A stretch of DNA of 64,000 nucleotides from Bdellovibrionales bacterium (lineage in GTDB: Bacteria; Bdellovibrionota; Bdellovibrionia; Bdellovibrionales; JAUICD01), in NCBI GenBank assembly GCA_965203275.1, contig OZ241865.1, positions 544,001-608,000 of the forward strand, given 5' to 3'. The notes under the pieces were generated by a model. It was given only the letters and a program-made list of their open reading frames with translations, did not search any database and was not told the DNA's origin. Below are positions 32,980 through 43,939 of the stretch, one piece after another; position 1 is the first letter of the stretch, and every line of letters begins with the position of its first letter. A program made the translations under genes and the position numbers.

Positions 32980-33540
32980 AACGCACGTATTTCCAAAAAA
33001 GGTTCGTACGGGTAGACGAAAATCAACGAAGTTAGATAATAAAAGGCCCAAATAAAGAAGTGAGAATGATATATACAACAAAGAGCATATATGTAGGATG
33101 TTATACAATGAATTTCTGCCCGATCACCTCAAAATTGACCTTCCAGTTCTCTGAAAGAAGCTTGACCTGGTGGATTTACGAAATTAGAAATGGAATATTC
33201 AAGGAAGGGAAATTTTGAGGGAAACAACGCACGTATCTCTGAAAGAGGTTCGTACGGGTAGACGAAAATATACGAAGTTAGACAATAGAAGGTCCAAGAA
33301 GTGAGAATGATATATACAACAAAGAGCATATATGTAGGATGTTATACAATGAATTTCTGACCGATCACCTCAAAATTGACCTTCCATTTCTCTGAAAAAA
33401 GCTTGACCTGGTGGATCTATGAAATTAGAAATGGAATATTCAAGGAAGGGAAATTTTGAGGGAAACAATTCACGTATCTCTGAAAGAGGTTCGTACGGGT
33501 AGACGAAAATATACGAAATTAGACAATAGAAGGTCCAATA
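32980..33540. repeat. About 241-245 bp direct tandem repeat (about 2.3 copies)
   Basis: cacgtat..ggttcgtacgggtagacgaaaat recurs at about 32985, 33230 and 33471. Confidence 0.88.
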
Positions 33541-33543
33541 GAA

Positions 33544-35109
33544 CTACTGGCTTGATATAACTTTTTGAAGTTTCTCTAAGGATTTTCTTAATTGTCCGGA
33601 GGCTTTTGTCATTCTCCATGCACTTAATTTAAGTTCTACTTGAGATTCACTTAATTGCAGATGGCTATTTGTTGCTTCATCACCTGATTGAATGATCTGC
33701 AAAAGAGGAATACGCCCTAATAAATAGCGTCTTTCATCTAATGTGGCTCTCTCTGTTTGCTTGCTCACATTTTCTTCTCGCAGTTTGACAATATTTTCAA
33801 GCTCCTTAAACTGTGAACAATTATTAAGCCATTGGAGTTGCAACTGAGATCGCATATAAGATGACATAGCGACCCCTTTAGCATGCTCTGCTAAAGCCTC
33901 TGACATATTTGCTTTTTCTTGAAATTTTGAAAGTGGCATCATCACCTCAAAACCTGCAAAAAGGCTTGTATTGTCAAATAGAAAAGATTTTTTCATCACT
34001 TGGAAAGCTGATGAATTTTCTTGATTGAGTGCAGATAATCCTAAAACAAGTTTCAAGTCAGGCAAGAAAGCATTACGAGCAACATTTTTTTTTAAAAGAC
34101 TTGCATTTTTTAAATATTCCCAATACTGCACTTCTGTAGATGTTTTAGGAATATCATTGATATCACAATCTTCTATTACATGGTCAGAATCCAATGATAT
34201 ATTAATTTTCAAAGGGTCATAAACAAGCCAGTGGCTAGGGAGCTTAAGATTTAAGACAACCTCTCGCCATATATTCATCAAAGATTCCCTTGCTAAACGC
34301 AACCTTACTTGAGCTTCTAACAGAGAGCCTTCTACTTGCAAAAGATCTGATCTCTCTGCTGTACCTCGCCTCCGTTTTATTCTTGTAATATTGACCAATC
34401 TTCTTTTACTAGCTAAATGATTTTGAGCTGCTTGCACTTCAGATCGGACTTTCCATACATTATAGTAGTTTTGAATCACATCCAATGCCCAGTTTTCAAT
34501 ATTTAAAGCTAAAGATTCTTGAGCAGCTTTTGTCGATAATACACCAGCTTGTTGTCTTTTCTTTGTTTGATAGCCAAAAGAATCTCTTAATAATGATTGT
34601 GAAACAGAAAATGTAAGATCTGATTGAAAGGCATTGGCTAAAGAAGTGTTATTTAAACCCAAAGTAACTTTTGTTCCTGTTTGAAAGAAAGTATCAGCTT
34701 GTACATTATAATAAGGACCATCACCAAAATTTCGCATAGTAGAAAATGAAGAGATATGCCTGTTAGATCTAGAAGAACCATCAGAGCGAAGGCCTACTTG
34801 TGAGGTCAAGCGAGTCTCTGTAGGAATACGAGATAAGTATTCTGCCTTTGGGATAGCAAAGGCTTCAGATGTAACAATCCTAAAAGTATCAGAGCTTTTA
34901 ATTAATTCTGTGAGGACAAAATCTAAAGTCAAAGTTTGTATAACTTTTTTATTGTTAGCCTGAGAGGTATTTTGAGAATGATCTTTTGGAGAGACAGCAT
35001 AAGAAAGATTGAAAAAATACAACAAAAAAAGAGGATAAACTAAAAATTGATTTTTTATTAATATCTCTTTCCGCAGTATTTTTTTCAATTTTAAAATTTT
35101 CATATTCAA
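33544..35109 (-). CDS. TolC-family outer-membrane efflux protein
   Basis: Two OEP-like halves (QSLLRD, YYNVW, FLPDLKL, RYLLGRI); signal peptide. Confidence 0.8.
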   Translation of the reverse strand: MNMKILKLKKILRKEILIKNQFLVYPLFLLYFFNLSYAVSPKDHSQNTSQANNKKVIQTLTLDFVLTELIKSSDTFRIVTSEAFAIPKAEYLSRIPTETRLTSQVGLRSDGSSRSNRHISSFSTMRNFGDGPYYNVQADTFFQTGTKVTLGLNNTSLANAFQSDLTFSVSQSLLRDSFGYQTKKRQQAGVLSTKAAQESLALNIENWALDVIQNYYNVWKVRSEVQAAQNHLASKRRLVNITRIKRRRGTAERSDLLQVEGSLLEAQVRLRLARESLMNIWREVVLNLKLPSHWLVYDPLKINISLDSDHVIEDCDINDIPKTSTEVQYWEYLKNASLLKKNVARNAFLPDLKLVLGLSALNQENSSAFQVMKKSFLFDNTSLFAGFEVMMPLSKFQEKANMSEALAEHAKGVAMSSYMRSQLQLQWLNNCSQFKELENIVKLREENVSKQTERATLDERRYLLGRIPLLQIIQSGDEATNSHLQLSESQVELKLSAWRMTKASGQLRKSLEKLQKVISSQ

Positions 35110-35173
35110 AACCTCTCTATGTATAAAAAAGCTTTGAAGTCAAAGCCCATAATAAATGTAAAGAATATCAGAT

Positions 35174-36076
35174 TTACCATACAATGTCATAGGACCTGAT
35201 CAAAATACCTAGCCATTTATCTATGACTGGAGCTAATAAAAAAGCAAATAGGCTTGCATTTACCCATAAGAAAAACCTTAGCCATCCTGTACCAGCTGGC
35301 TTCTGAGAAAATCTAAAAAATTCATAAAGTAAAATAAAAGCAAACGGAAGTACTAAAAATACATAAAAGAAATGAGCATCTACAAACCAAGGGGATGCTA
35401 TAGCTACAGCAGTATAAGTAAATATATAGAGTCCTATATGATAGAGAGTTTTTTGTCGCCCTAGTATGGCAGGTAAGACTGGTATATGAGCTTTTTTATA
35501 ATCTTCTGCATATTTGATGGCTAAGGACCAAAAGTGTGGCATTTGCCATAAAAACAAAATCAGAAAAAGGTAAATACATTCAATGCCTAAAGCCAATAAG
35601 TCTCTAGTAGCAAAGTAGCCAATGACCACAGGCATAGCTCCAGGGATTGCACCTAGAACAGCACCAAAAATCATATAAGGTTTCCACCAAAGGGTATACA
35701 AACCATTGTAAAGGATCAGAGTCAAAAGTCCAAGTGTGGCCACAAGAGGTTTGAGCCAAAACAAAATTAAAAGCCCTAGTGTGAGCATCCAAAGACTTAT
35801 GCGAAAACCTAAAAGCCAAGAAATTTGACCTGACGGAATAGGCCGTCGACAAGTTCTTTTCATTTGAGCATCAAGAGAAGATTCTTGCACTTGATTAAAA
35901 GCACAGCTTCCTGCAGCAAGCAAAATAAACCCGATAGAAAATAATACGAGGTGAGCTAGCTCAAAGGGTTGGCCTGGCAACATACCTAAAAAATAGCCCG
36001 TCAAAGAGCATATATAGGAGAAAAAAACAATCCCTGATTTTGTAAATTTTGACCAGGTACGCATAGATGCTTTCAT
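35174..36076 (-). CDS. cyoE: Protoheme IX farnesyltransferase (heme O synthase)
   Basis: NQVQE..DAQMKRTCRRPIPSG, GAIPGAMP and FLWQMPHFWSLA. Confidence 0.93.
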   Translation of the reverse strand: MKASMRTWSKFTKSGIVFFSYICSLTGYFLGMLPGQPFELAHLVLFSIGFILLAAGSCAFNQVQESSLDAQMKRTCRRPIPSGQISWLLGFRISLWMLTLGLLILFWLKPLVATLGLLTLILYNGLYTLWWKPYMIFGAVLGAIPGAMPVVIGYFATRDLLALGIECIYLFLILFLWQMPHFWSLAIKYAEDYKKAHIPVLPAILGRQKTLYHIGLYIFTYTAVAIASPWFVDAHFFYVFLVLPFAFILLYEFFRFSQKPAGTGWLRFFLWVNASLFAFLLAPVIDKWLGILIRSYDIVW

Positions 36077-36161
36077 ACTTATTTTTTATACAAATACAAA
36101 TAAAAAATCAAGATATTCTTATAGCTTTCTTTTTGAAAAGCTGTCAAGGCTTAGGAGTCTA

Positions 36162-36301
36162 TTTCACTAAAAGTGGTCAGACAGCAAGCTTCTCTGAAGC
36201 TTGCCATGTAACAACACTAGGCAATGACCATTTTGCCAATGGCGAAAGCCATTGCGGTCATTGCCAGAAAGTAGCCAGAGGCTAGACCACTTTTAGTGAA
36301 A
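36162..36301. repeat. Partial family A arms
   Basis: ttcactaaaagtggtc ... ggcgaaagcc ... gaccacttttagtgaaa. Confidence 0.8.
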
Positions 36302-36546
36302 TAGTGAAAGAGTGAAAAAGACGTTGACAAAAAAATCTCCTATTAATTAACATAAAAAATAATATATTCGATTCAACCATTATTCAAAATACAGATTAAA
36401 AGTAACTATCTAAATTAAGAAGTATAACTATTGAATGAATGTCTTTCAAAGGAATGATGATGCATCAGAAGAATAAATTTAAAAATATTTTAATAAATAA
36501 AAGATAGCTTCTATTTTGACAAGACAAAGAGAATAAAAAGGAACTT

Positions 36547-38202
36547 ATGCAAAAAATATGGCTTAAACATTATCCTAAAGGGATTGCAGAAAAGATTAAC
36601 CCATCTGCCTTTAAAAGCATAGTGGAAGTTTTTGAAGGAGCCTGTAGACGCTTTGGCCAATTACCTGCTTTTAAAAATATGGGGACGACAATTTCTTTTA
36701 ATGATTTAGATTGTCTCACTTATCAAATGGCTTCTTTTTTAAGTAACCACTTAGGTCTTCAAAAAGGGGATAGAATTGCCATACAATTACCTAATCTTTT
36801 GCAAACCCCTATTGCTATCTTTGGAGCCTTGCGTGCTGGTCTTATTGTAGTCAATACCAATCCTTTATATACTGCTAGAGAAATGAAGCATCAGTTTCAA
36901 GATTCAGGGGCTAATGCTATTATTATTTTAGCTCATTTTGCTGCACAACTAGAAAGTATCCTCAAAGAGACACAAATTAAACATGTTGTGGTCACAGAAG
37001 CAGGAGATGGACTTAAGTTTCCTAAAAATTTACTGGTCAATATAGCTTTAAAATACATGAAAAGGGCTGTCCCCTCTTACAATATCCCTCAAGCTATCTC
37101 CTACAAAGAAGCATTGGATATAGGCAAGAAGCATTCTCTTAATGTTCAAGAGTCTTCTGGAGAGGACCTGGCTTTTATACAGTACACAGGGGGAACAACG
37201 GGTGTCAGTAAAGGGGCTATGCTCACTCATAAAAATATCATAGCAAATATGGAACAAATAGGGGCTTGGCTTATTCCACAGCTAAGAGAAGGTACAGAAC
37301 AAATTATCACAGCCCTACCCTTGTATCATATTTTTTCACTCACAGTTAATTGTATGGCTTTAATGAAAATCGGTAGCTGTAACATTCTGATCACAAATCC
37401 AAAAGATATTTCAGGGTTTATTAAAGAACTTCAAAAACATCCCTTTACTGTGATGACAGGGGTGAATACTTTATTCTCTGCTTTGATGAATCATCCTTCT
37501 TTTTCTAAAATAGATTGGTCTACTAATAAAATATCAGTGGCAGGAGGCATGGCTTTGCAAAAGGCTGTAACAGATCAGTGGTATATTCACACAGGACAAG
37601 TCATTATAGAAGGTTATGGACTGACAGAAGCTTCTCCTGTTGTGACTTGCAATCCTCTTGATGGCAAAGAAAAAGTGGGTTCTATTGGATTGCCTCTACC
37701 TTCGACAGAAGTGAAAATGCTTGATAAAAAGGGACAGGAAGTACCTGTTGGGAAACCAGGCGAGCTTTGTGTCAGAGGTCCACAGGTGATGAAGGGTTAT
37801 TGGCAACATCCAGAAGAAACAAAAAAAGTGCTTTCAAAAGATGGCTGGCTTAAAACAGGGGATATTGCTATTTTAGAAGAAGGTGGTTACTTGAAAATTG
37901 TAGACAGAAAAAAAGACATGATTTTAGTTTCTGGATTTAATGTGTACCCTAATGAAATAGAGGATGTGATTGCTATGCATCCAGATGTTTTAGAAGTAGC
38001 TGCTGTGGGAGTACCTGATGATAAATCAGGAGAGGCTGTACAGGTTTTTATTATTCCTAAAAACGATGATGTTTCAAAACAAGATATTATGAACCATTCT
38101 CGAAAGCACCTTGTGGCTTACAAAGTTCCCAAGTATATTGAATTCCGCAAAACACTACCTAAAAGTCATATAGGGAAAATTCTTAGACGAGTCCTCAAAT
38201 AG
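36547..38202 (+). CDS. fadD: Long-chain-fatty-acid--CoA ligase
   Basis: YTGGTTGVSKG, EGYGLTE, TGDI, DRKKDMILVSGFNVYPNE and GKILRR. Confidence 0.93.
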   Translation: MQKIWLKHYPKGIAEKINPSAFKSIVEVFEGACRRFGQLPAFKNMGTTISFNDLDCLTYQMASFLSNHLGLQKGDRIAIQLPNLLQTPIAIFGALRAGLIVVNTNPLYTAREMKHQFQDSGANAIIILAHFAAQLESILKETQIKHVVVTEAGDGLKFPKNLLVNIALKYMKRAVPSYNIPQAISYKEALDIGKKHSLNVQESSGEDLAFIQYTGGTTGVSKGAMLTHKNIIANMEQIGAWLIPQLREGTEQIITALPLYHIFSLTVNCMALMKIGSCNILITNPKDISGFIKELQKHPFTVMTGVNTLFSALMNHPSFSKIDWSTNKISVAGGMALQKAVTDQWYIHTGQVIIEGYGLTEASPVVTCNPLDGKEKVGSIGLPLPSTEVKMLDKKGQEVPVGKPGELCVRGPQVMKGYWQHPEETKKVLSKDGWLKTGDIAILEEGGYLKIVDRKKDMILVSGFNVYPNEIEDVIAMHPDVLEVAAVGVPDDKSGEAVQVFIIPKNDDVSKQDIMNHSRKHLVAYKVPKYIEFRKTLPKSHIGKILRRVLK

Positions 38203-38382
38203 ACATAGTAATGAGTTTATTAGGGTGTTATTGTTTGTCGCTACTATTAAAATAGAATGCATTTCTACTGACAACAAATCTCGATTTGCTTTTATCCGTT
38301 TTCCACCAACTTATTACGATAAAAGCTTGGTTATGTCTCTTCCCTTTTTTTGACTTCTTGTACTTTTTAATTTCTAACTCTA

Positions 38383-38907
38383 TTTCACTCAAAGTGAACT
38401 GGCCTCTGGCCACTTTCTGGCGATGACCACGATGGCTTTCGCCATTGACAAAATGGTCATTGCCTAGAAAGCCTGTTCACTTTGAGTAGGAAGGATCCTT
38501 TCCTCTTTTAACACCATGTTAAGGAAAAAGTTCTTTCTTACACCTTTTGGCCCGACGGCTTACGCCGTCGATAAAATGGTCATTGCCTCAAAAATCTATG
38601 CATTTTGAGTAGGGCGAATCTCCTTGCTTCTTGACACCATGTTAAGGAAAAATTCTTTTATTGTCTCAAGAGCAAGCAGTTTGCGAATAAAACTCTGTTT
38701 CCTTAACATGTAGTTAAGAGACGAGAGGATCCTTCCTACTAAAAGTAAACGGATTTTTGAGGTATTGCTCTTTTTGGACAGCGTAAGCTGTCAGAGCAAT
38801 GCCCAAAAACAGCCAGAGGCTGGTTTATTTTTAGTGAAAAAGATAAGAAGGCGAATAGCCTTCGGCTGGCAACCCAAAAGTGACCAGAGGCTAGTTTACT
38901 TTTAGTG
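38383..38907. repeat. Family A cluster with inverted doublet
   Basis: Forward arms, gagcaagc spacer at 38670, reverse arms ending in the dppA stop codon. Confidence 0.9.
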
Positions 38908-40596
38908 TAATAACACGTAAGTAAAAACATTTGTATTGCCAATAAGTGATATCTTATAACCAACTACATTTTTCCTCTTTGCAACATAAATAGTGGAATA
39001 TGCTATGGGTATCCATGGGACTTCCTCATTAAAAATCACCTGAGCTTTTTGATAGAGTTGAATCCTATCCTGACGATTCATTATACGTCTTGCCTGAGAT
39101 ACTAGCCGATCAAAAACAGGATGACACCAAAAAGCACGTGTTGCCCCTGTCTTAATAGCATGACAACTCAAGAGAGAATATAAAAAATCATCAGGGTCTC
39201 CATTATCAGCACTCCAGCCTAGTTGCATTAAAGAATGTTCTCCTTGATTGGTTTTTGCAAGATAAGTAGGCCACTTATAAGAGACCAGCTTGACCTGAAT
39301 GCCTATTTGAGCTAAGTCAAACTGCATCATCTCTGCTAATTTTTTACCCGATGGTAAATAAGGTCTTGATATAGGTAAAACCCAAAGATCCGTTTTAAAC
39401 CCCTTCGCAAATCCTGCTTTCTTTATTAAAGATTTTGCTTTCTGCACATTGTGATCATAACTTTTCACCTGATGATGATAGCTCCAAATTGTAGGAGGGA
39501 TAGGATTATAAGCTTTTTGAGCATGACCTAAATAAACAGATTGAATGTAAGCCTCTTTATCCAAAGCATAATGCACTGCTTGACGTACAAGCTTGTTATC
39601 AAAAGGAGGCTTTTGAGTATTAATAGCTAAAAAAGCAATATTCATACCTTCTGCTTTGACAAGATCTAAGTTTTTATCTTTTTTAATGGCATTTAAATCC
39701 TCTGGAGCAGGCACAGCTATTAACTGACATTCATTGGCTTTTAGCTTTTGAAAACGAATAGAAGCATCAGGTGTGATAGAAAAAATAAGATTTTGTATAT
39801 TACCTCTTTGGCTATCAAAGTAATCAGGGAAAGCCTCATATTGAATCAAATGATCTTTTTTATACTGTTTAAAAACAAAAGGACCTGTACCAATAGGCTG
39901 ACGATCAAACATCTTTAGAGTTTTAGCTTGCAACATTTGATCTGCATACTCCTTAGAAAAGATACTTGTAAAAGGCATTGTCAAATTGCTTAAAAATGGA
40001 GCGTTGGGTCTTGAGAGAATAAATTTTACTTTGTAATTATCTATCTTAATAATATCCTTAATAACAGACTTCATATCCATATTGTGAAAAAATTTATAAA
40101 GACCACCACTGACCTTATGATAAGGATGATGTAAATCCATTTGTCTTTTAAAGCTAAAGATCACATCATCTACATTCATATTTCTAGTAGGGACAAAGTA
40201 AGATGTCGCATGAAACTTCACATCTTCTCTCAGTTCAAATGTATATTCCAAGCCTTTATTGTCAATAGTCCATCTTTTAGCTAACTTAGGGATAATATTT
40301 GTTTTGCCATATTCAAAGTCAACAAGGGTGTCAAAGATAGGACGAGTGGCCTCAAAACTAGCATCGTCTATTTCAAACTGTGGATTAAAACCTGATGGAC
40401 TAGCTTCAGAGCAGTAAACTAAAGTTTTTGCTTTATCTTGCAAAGCTTTACCTTGCAAAGAAGATGTGCTGTATGCCATTTGTATAGAGATCACAAGAAA
40501 AAGCAATCCCACAAGCCATTTCAAAAAAAGATTTTGTGTTTTATAATACATAATCACTTCTTGTTTCCTACATACCCACATAGTATAAAAAATCAT
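38902..40596 (-). CDS. dppA: Dipeptide ABC transporter substrate-binding protein (start possibly near 40551)
   Basis: LVYCSEASPSGFNPQ, PIGTGPF, VRQAVHYA and GWSADNGDPD. Confidence 0.88.
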   Translation of the reverse strand: MIFYTMWVCRKQEVIMYYKTQNLFLKWLVGLLFLVISIQMAYSTSSLQGKALQDKAKTLVYCSEASPSGFNPQFEIDDASFEATRPIFDTLVDFEYGKTNIIPKLAKRWTIDNKGLEYTFELREDVKFHATSYFVPTRNMNVDDVIFSFKRQMDLHHPYHKVSGGLYKFFHNMDMKSVIKDIIKIDNYKVKFILSRPNAPFLSNLTMPFTSIFSKEYADQMLQAKTLKMFDRQPIGTGPFVFKQYKKDHLIQYEAFPDYFDSQRGNIQNLIFSITPDASIRFQKLKANECQLIAVPAPEDLNAIKKDKNLDLVKAEGMNIAFLAINTQKPPFDNKLVRQAVHYALDKEAYIQSVYLGHAQKAYNPIPPTIWSYHHQVKSYDHNVQKAKSLIKKAGFAKGFKTDLWVLPISRPYLPSGKKLAEMMQFDLAQIGIQVKLVSYKWPTYLAKTNQGEHSLMQLGWSADNGDPDDFLYSLLSCHAIKTGATRAFWCHPVFDRLVSQARRIMNRQDRIQLYQKAQVIFNEEVPWIPIAYSTIYVAKRKNVVGYKISLIGNTNVFTYVLLH

Positions 40597-40762
40597 AAAG
40601 TTTTTATAACGCTTTATATTCTTTCAGAAAATAAATTTAGATATATAAAGTTTCTTTACATACTTGTCAAGAAATATGATACTATTTTTTATTGGTGGTA
40701 GCGTATACACCTTGCTATCTTTAGAATAGAAGATATAAAGCAAAAAATAATTTTCATAAAAA

Positions 40763-41824
40763 TCAAGGGACTTCATTTAAGATGGCTTCTATTTCTGCCT
40801 GAATATTTTTTATTTGAGGGATCGTAGCTTCTTCCAAGTTTTCATGCAAGCCCACACCAGGAACATTTTGAGCAGCAAGCACTCTTGGTTTTGCTAAAAG
40901 TTCATAAAATAATTCATCAATGACCCTCCGCATGAGATGTTCTTGAAAACAAACCACTTCAGTATCTTCACCCACAAAAAGCACTCGTTTGGTCTTTGAA
41001 ACAGAATCTTTAATCAAAGTCCAATCGTATGGATAGACAGAGCGAAGATCTATCACCTCAATGCTCACACCACTATTTTGTTCTATAGCGTGAGTAGCTT
41101 GCATACAAAATAAAACCATACGTCCATAACTGATAACAGTCACATCAGTACCTTCTTGCAATCTGTGACCTTGACCAATAGGGATGGAAAGGTATTTAAG
41201 GTCTGGAAAGTTGGGAGACCATATTTTACGTAAATCGCCCACAGGTGCATCAATCTGTTGCTTGAGTTCTTCTTGATCCGTCGGTTCTCCAGGGATGAGT
41301 TCCTTGCCACGTACTCTCAGTAGTGCTTTAGGCTCTAAAAACATCACGGGATTTGGATCTTCAATAGCAGAGATCAACAAACCATACGCATCAAGTGGGG
41401 TGCTAGGAATAATAATTTTCCACCCTTGAATGCGACAAGCCCAAGAATCAAAACTATGGCTATGGTAAACAGACCCTCGAATGCCAGCACCTACAGGGAT
41501 TCTCAAAACTAAGGGCAAATGCATTTGACCATTAGAACACCAATGGGTATTGCCTATAAGTTTTAAAAGGTCTATAGTGTTGAAAATATAATCTGCAAAT
41601 TGGATTTCTGCCACACAGCGATCACCTGTCATGGCAATGCCAGCAGCCATACCTACAATGCCTCGCTCATCAAGAGGTGTATTCCAAGCTGTCTTTAAAC
41701 CTTGAGTGGCTGTAAAAATACCTCCTAGAGGTGGGCCGACATCTTGCCCAAAAATATCTTTGAGTTCAAGATGATTTTCAGCATAGTGGAGAGCCATGCG
41801 TATCGCTTGAGCCATGTTTGCCAT
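40763..41824 (-). CDS. 2-oxoacid dehydrogenase E1 beta subunit
   Basis: FGQDV, NTPLDE, AEIQFADY, HSHS, PVMFLEPK and EVIDLRS. Confidence 0.9.
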   Translation of the reverse strand: MANMAQAIRMALHYAENHLELKDIFGQDVGPPLGGIFTATQGLKTAWNTPLDERGIVGMAAGIAMTGDRCVAEIQFADYIFNTIDLLKLIGNTHWCSNGQMHLPLVLRIPVGAGIRGSVYHSHSFDSWACRIQGWKIIIPSTPLDAYGLLISAIEDPNPVMFLEPKALLRVRGKELIPGEPTDQEELKQQIDAPVGDLRKIWSPNFPDLKYLSIPIGQGHRLQEGTDVTVISYGRMVLFCMQATHAIEQNSGVSIEVIDLRSVYPYDWTLIKDSVSKTKRVLFVGEDTEVVCFQEHLMRRVIDELFYELLAKPRVLAAQNVPGVGLHENLEEATIPQIKNIQAEIEAILNEVP

Positions 41825-41873
41825 TTGTCAGCCTTTAGATAATCGTCAAGGTTAAGGTTTCTAATGTGGATGA

Positions 41874-42416
41874 TCATACGGGCTTTTCTTTATCTTTAGT
41901 ATGTTCTTTTTTCACCTCTTTATCTTTGTCTTTATTGACTATAAGTCCATACAATGTGTCGAACTTTCGATCAAACTTATCTTCCATAATTTCGAATCTT
42001 CGATCAAACTTATCTTCCATGGTGTCAAATTTTCGATTAAACTTCTCTTCTATGGTGTTGAACTTTCGATCAAACTTATCTTCCATGGCTTTCATCTGTG
42101 TAGGTATATGATTGTATACCTGCTCCTGAATAGGTTCCATTTTAGCATCTATATATTCCTTTAAATGCTTTTCTGATTGATTTATTCGCTCATTTAAGTT
42201 CTTTTCTGATTGGTTTACCAATTCCCTTAAGTTATTTTCTGATTTGTTTACCATTTCCTTTAAGCTATTTACCAACTCCTTTAAGTTCTTTTCTGATTGG
42301 TTGATCCGTTCATTAAAAGAATTTGTCACTTTAGTATAAAAAAAATATCCTATACCAAACATAGCTAAGATGGTCATTGCATCTAGCTGATTAAGTGTTT
42401 CAATGAAAGCTTCCAT
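41874..42416 (-). CDS. Membrane-anchored hendecad coiled-coil protein, array copy 5
   Basis: N-terminal TM, 11-aa repeats, EQVYNHIPTQ core. Confidence 0.8.
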   Translation of the reverse strand: MEAFIETLNQLDAMTILAMFGIGYFFYTKVTNSFNERINQSEKNLKELVNSLKEMVNKSENNLRELVNQSEKNLNERINQSEKHLKEYIDAKMEPIQEQVYNHIPTQMKAMEDKFDRKFNTIEEKFNRKFDTMEDKFDRRFEIMEDKFDRKFDTLYGLIVNKDKDKEVKKEHTKDKEKPV

Positions 42417-42567
42417 AATATCATCCTTGGTGATACCATCACCCGATTAATATAAAAAAACAAAGCATTTAAACAGTACATCATCATACAACATAATCTA
42501 AGGCCCGTCTAGCAACAAACACTGGAAACATACTATGAGGGTTAAGGTTTCCAATCAATGTGGATGA

Positions 42568-43131
42568 TCATAAGGGCTTTTCTTTATCTTTAGTATGTTC
42601 TTTTTTCACCTCTTTATCTTTGTCTTTATTGACTATAAGTCCATACAATGTGTCGAATTTTCGATCAAACTTATCTTCCATGGTGTCAAACTTTCGATTA
42701 AACTTCTCTTCTATGGTGTTGAATTTTTGATCAAACTTATTGTCCATGGCTTTCATCTGTGTAGGTATATGATTGTTTACTTGCTCTTGAATAGGTTCAA
42801 TTTTAGCATCTATATATTGCTTTAAATTATTTTCTGATTTGCTTACCAATTCCCTTAAATTATTTTCTGATTTGCTTACCTGTTCCCTTAAGCTGTTTAC
42901 CAATTCCCTTAAGTTATTTTCTGATTGGTTTACCAATTCCCTTAAATTATTTTCTGATTGGTTTACCAATTCCCTTAAGTTATTTTCTGACTGGTTGATC
43001 CGTTCATTAAAAGATCTAGTTGCCCTGTCATAAAACTTAAAGCCAATAATAAAGCCAATAATAGATAGGCTTATAATTGTCATTAGGTCTGTAGTTTTAA
43101 GTATTTCTAAAACAAATTCATAGAACCCCAT
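42568..43131 (-). CDS. Coiled-coil array copy 4 (divergent N-terminus)
   Basis: Same core; different first 39 aa; AGGAGG RBS. Confidence 0.8.
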   Translation of the reverse strand: MGFYEFVLEILKTTDLMTIISLSIIGFIIGFKFYDRATRSFNERINQSENNLRELVNQSENNLRELVNQSENNLRELVNSLREQVSKSENNLRELVSKSENNLKQYIDAKIEPIQEQVNNHIPTQMKAMDNKFDQKFNTIEEKFNRKFDTMEDKFDRKFDTLYGLIVNKDKDKEVKKEHTKDKEKPL

Positions 43132-43282
43132 AATATCCTCCTTAGTGATACCATCACCCGATTAATATAAAAAAACAAAGCATTTAAACAGTACATCATC
43201 ATACAACATAATCTAAGGCCCGTCTAACAACAAACACTGGAAACATACTATGAGGGTTAAGGTTTCCAATCAATGTGGATGA

Positions 43283-43789
43283 TCATAAGGGCTTGTCTTT
43301 TTTAGTATGTTCTTTTTTCACCTCTTTATCTTTGTCTTTATTGACTATAAGTCCATACAATGTGTCGAATTTTCGATCAAACTTATCTTCCATAATTTCG
43401 AATCTTCGATCAAACTTATCCTCCATGGTGTCAAACTTTCGATTAAACTTCTCTTCTATGGTGTTGAACTTTCGATCAAACTTATCTTCCATGGCTTTCA
43501 TCTGTGTAGGTATATGATTGTATACCTGCTCTTGAATAGGTTCCATTTTAGCATCTATATATTCCTTTAAGTGCTTTTCTGATTGGTTTATTCGCTCATT
43601 TAAGTTCTTTTCTGATTGGTTTATTCGCTCATTTAAGCTATTTACCAATTCCTTTAAGTTATTTTCTGATTGGTTGATTCGTTCATTAAAAGAATTTGTC
43701 ACTTTAGTATAAAAAAAATATCCTATACCAAACATAGCTAAGATGGTCATTGCATCTAGCTGATTAAGTATTTCAATGAAAGCTTCCAT
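43283..43789 (-). CDS. Coiled-coil array copy 3
   Basis: Paralog with AGGAGG RBS. Confidence 0.8.
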   Translation of the reverse strand: MEAFIEILNQLDAMTILAMFGIGYFFYTKVTNSFNERINQSENNLKELVNSLNERINQSEKNLNERINQSEKHLKEYIDAKMEPIQEQVYNHIPTQMKAMEDKFDRKFNTIEEKFNRKFDTMEDKFDRRFEIMEDKFDRKFDTLYGLIVNKDKDKEVKKEHTKKDKPL

Positions 43790-43939
43790 AATATCCTCCT
43801 TGGCTATACATCACCTGATTAATATAAAAAAACAAAGCATTTAAACAGTACATCATCATACAACATAATCTAAGGCCCGTCTAACAACAAACACTGGAAA
43901 CATACTATGAGGGTTAAGGTTTCCAATCAATGTGGATGA

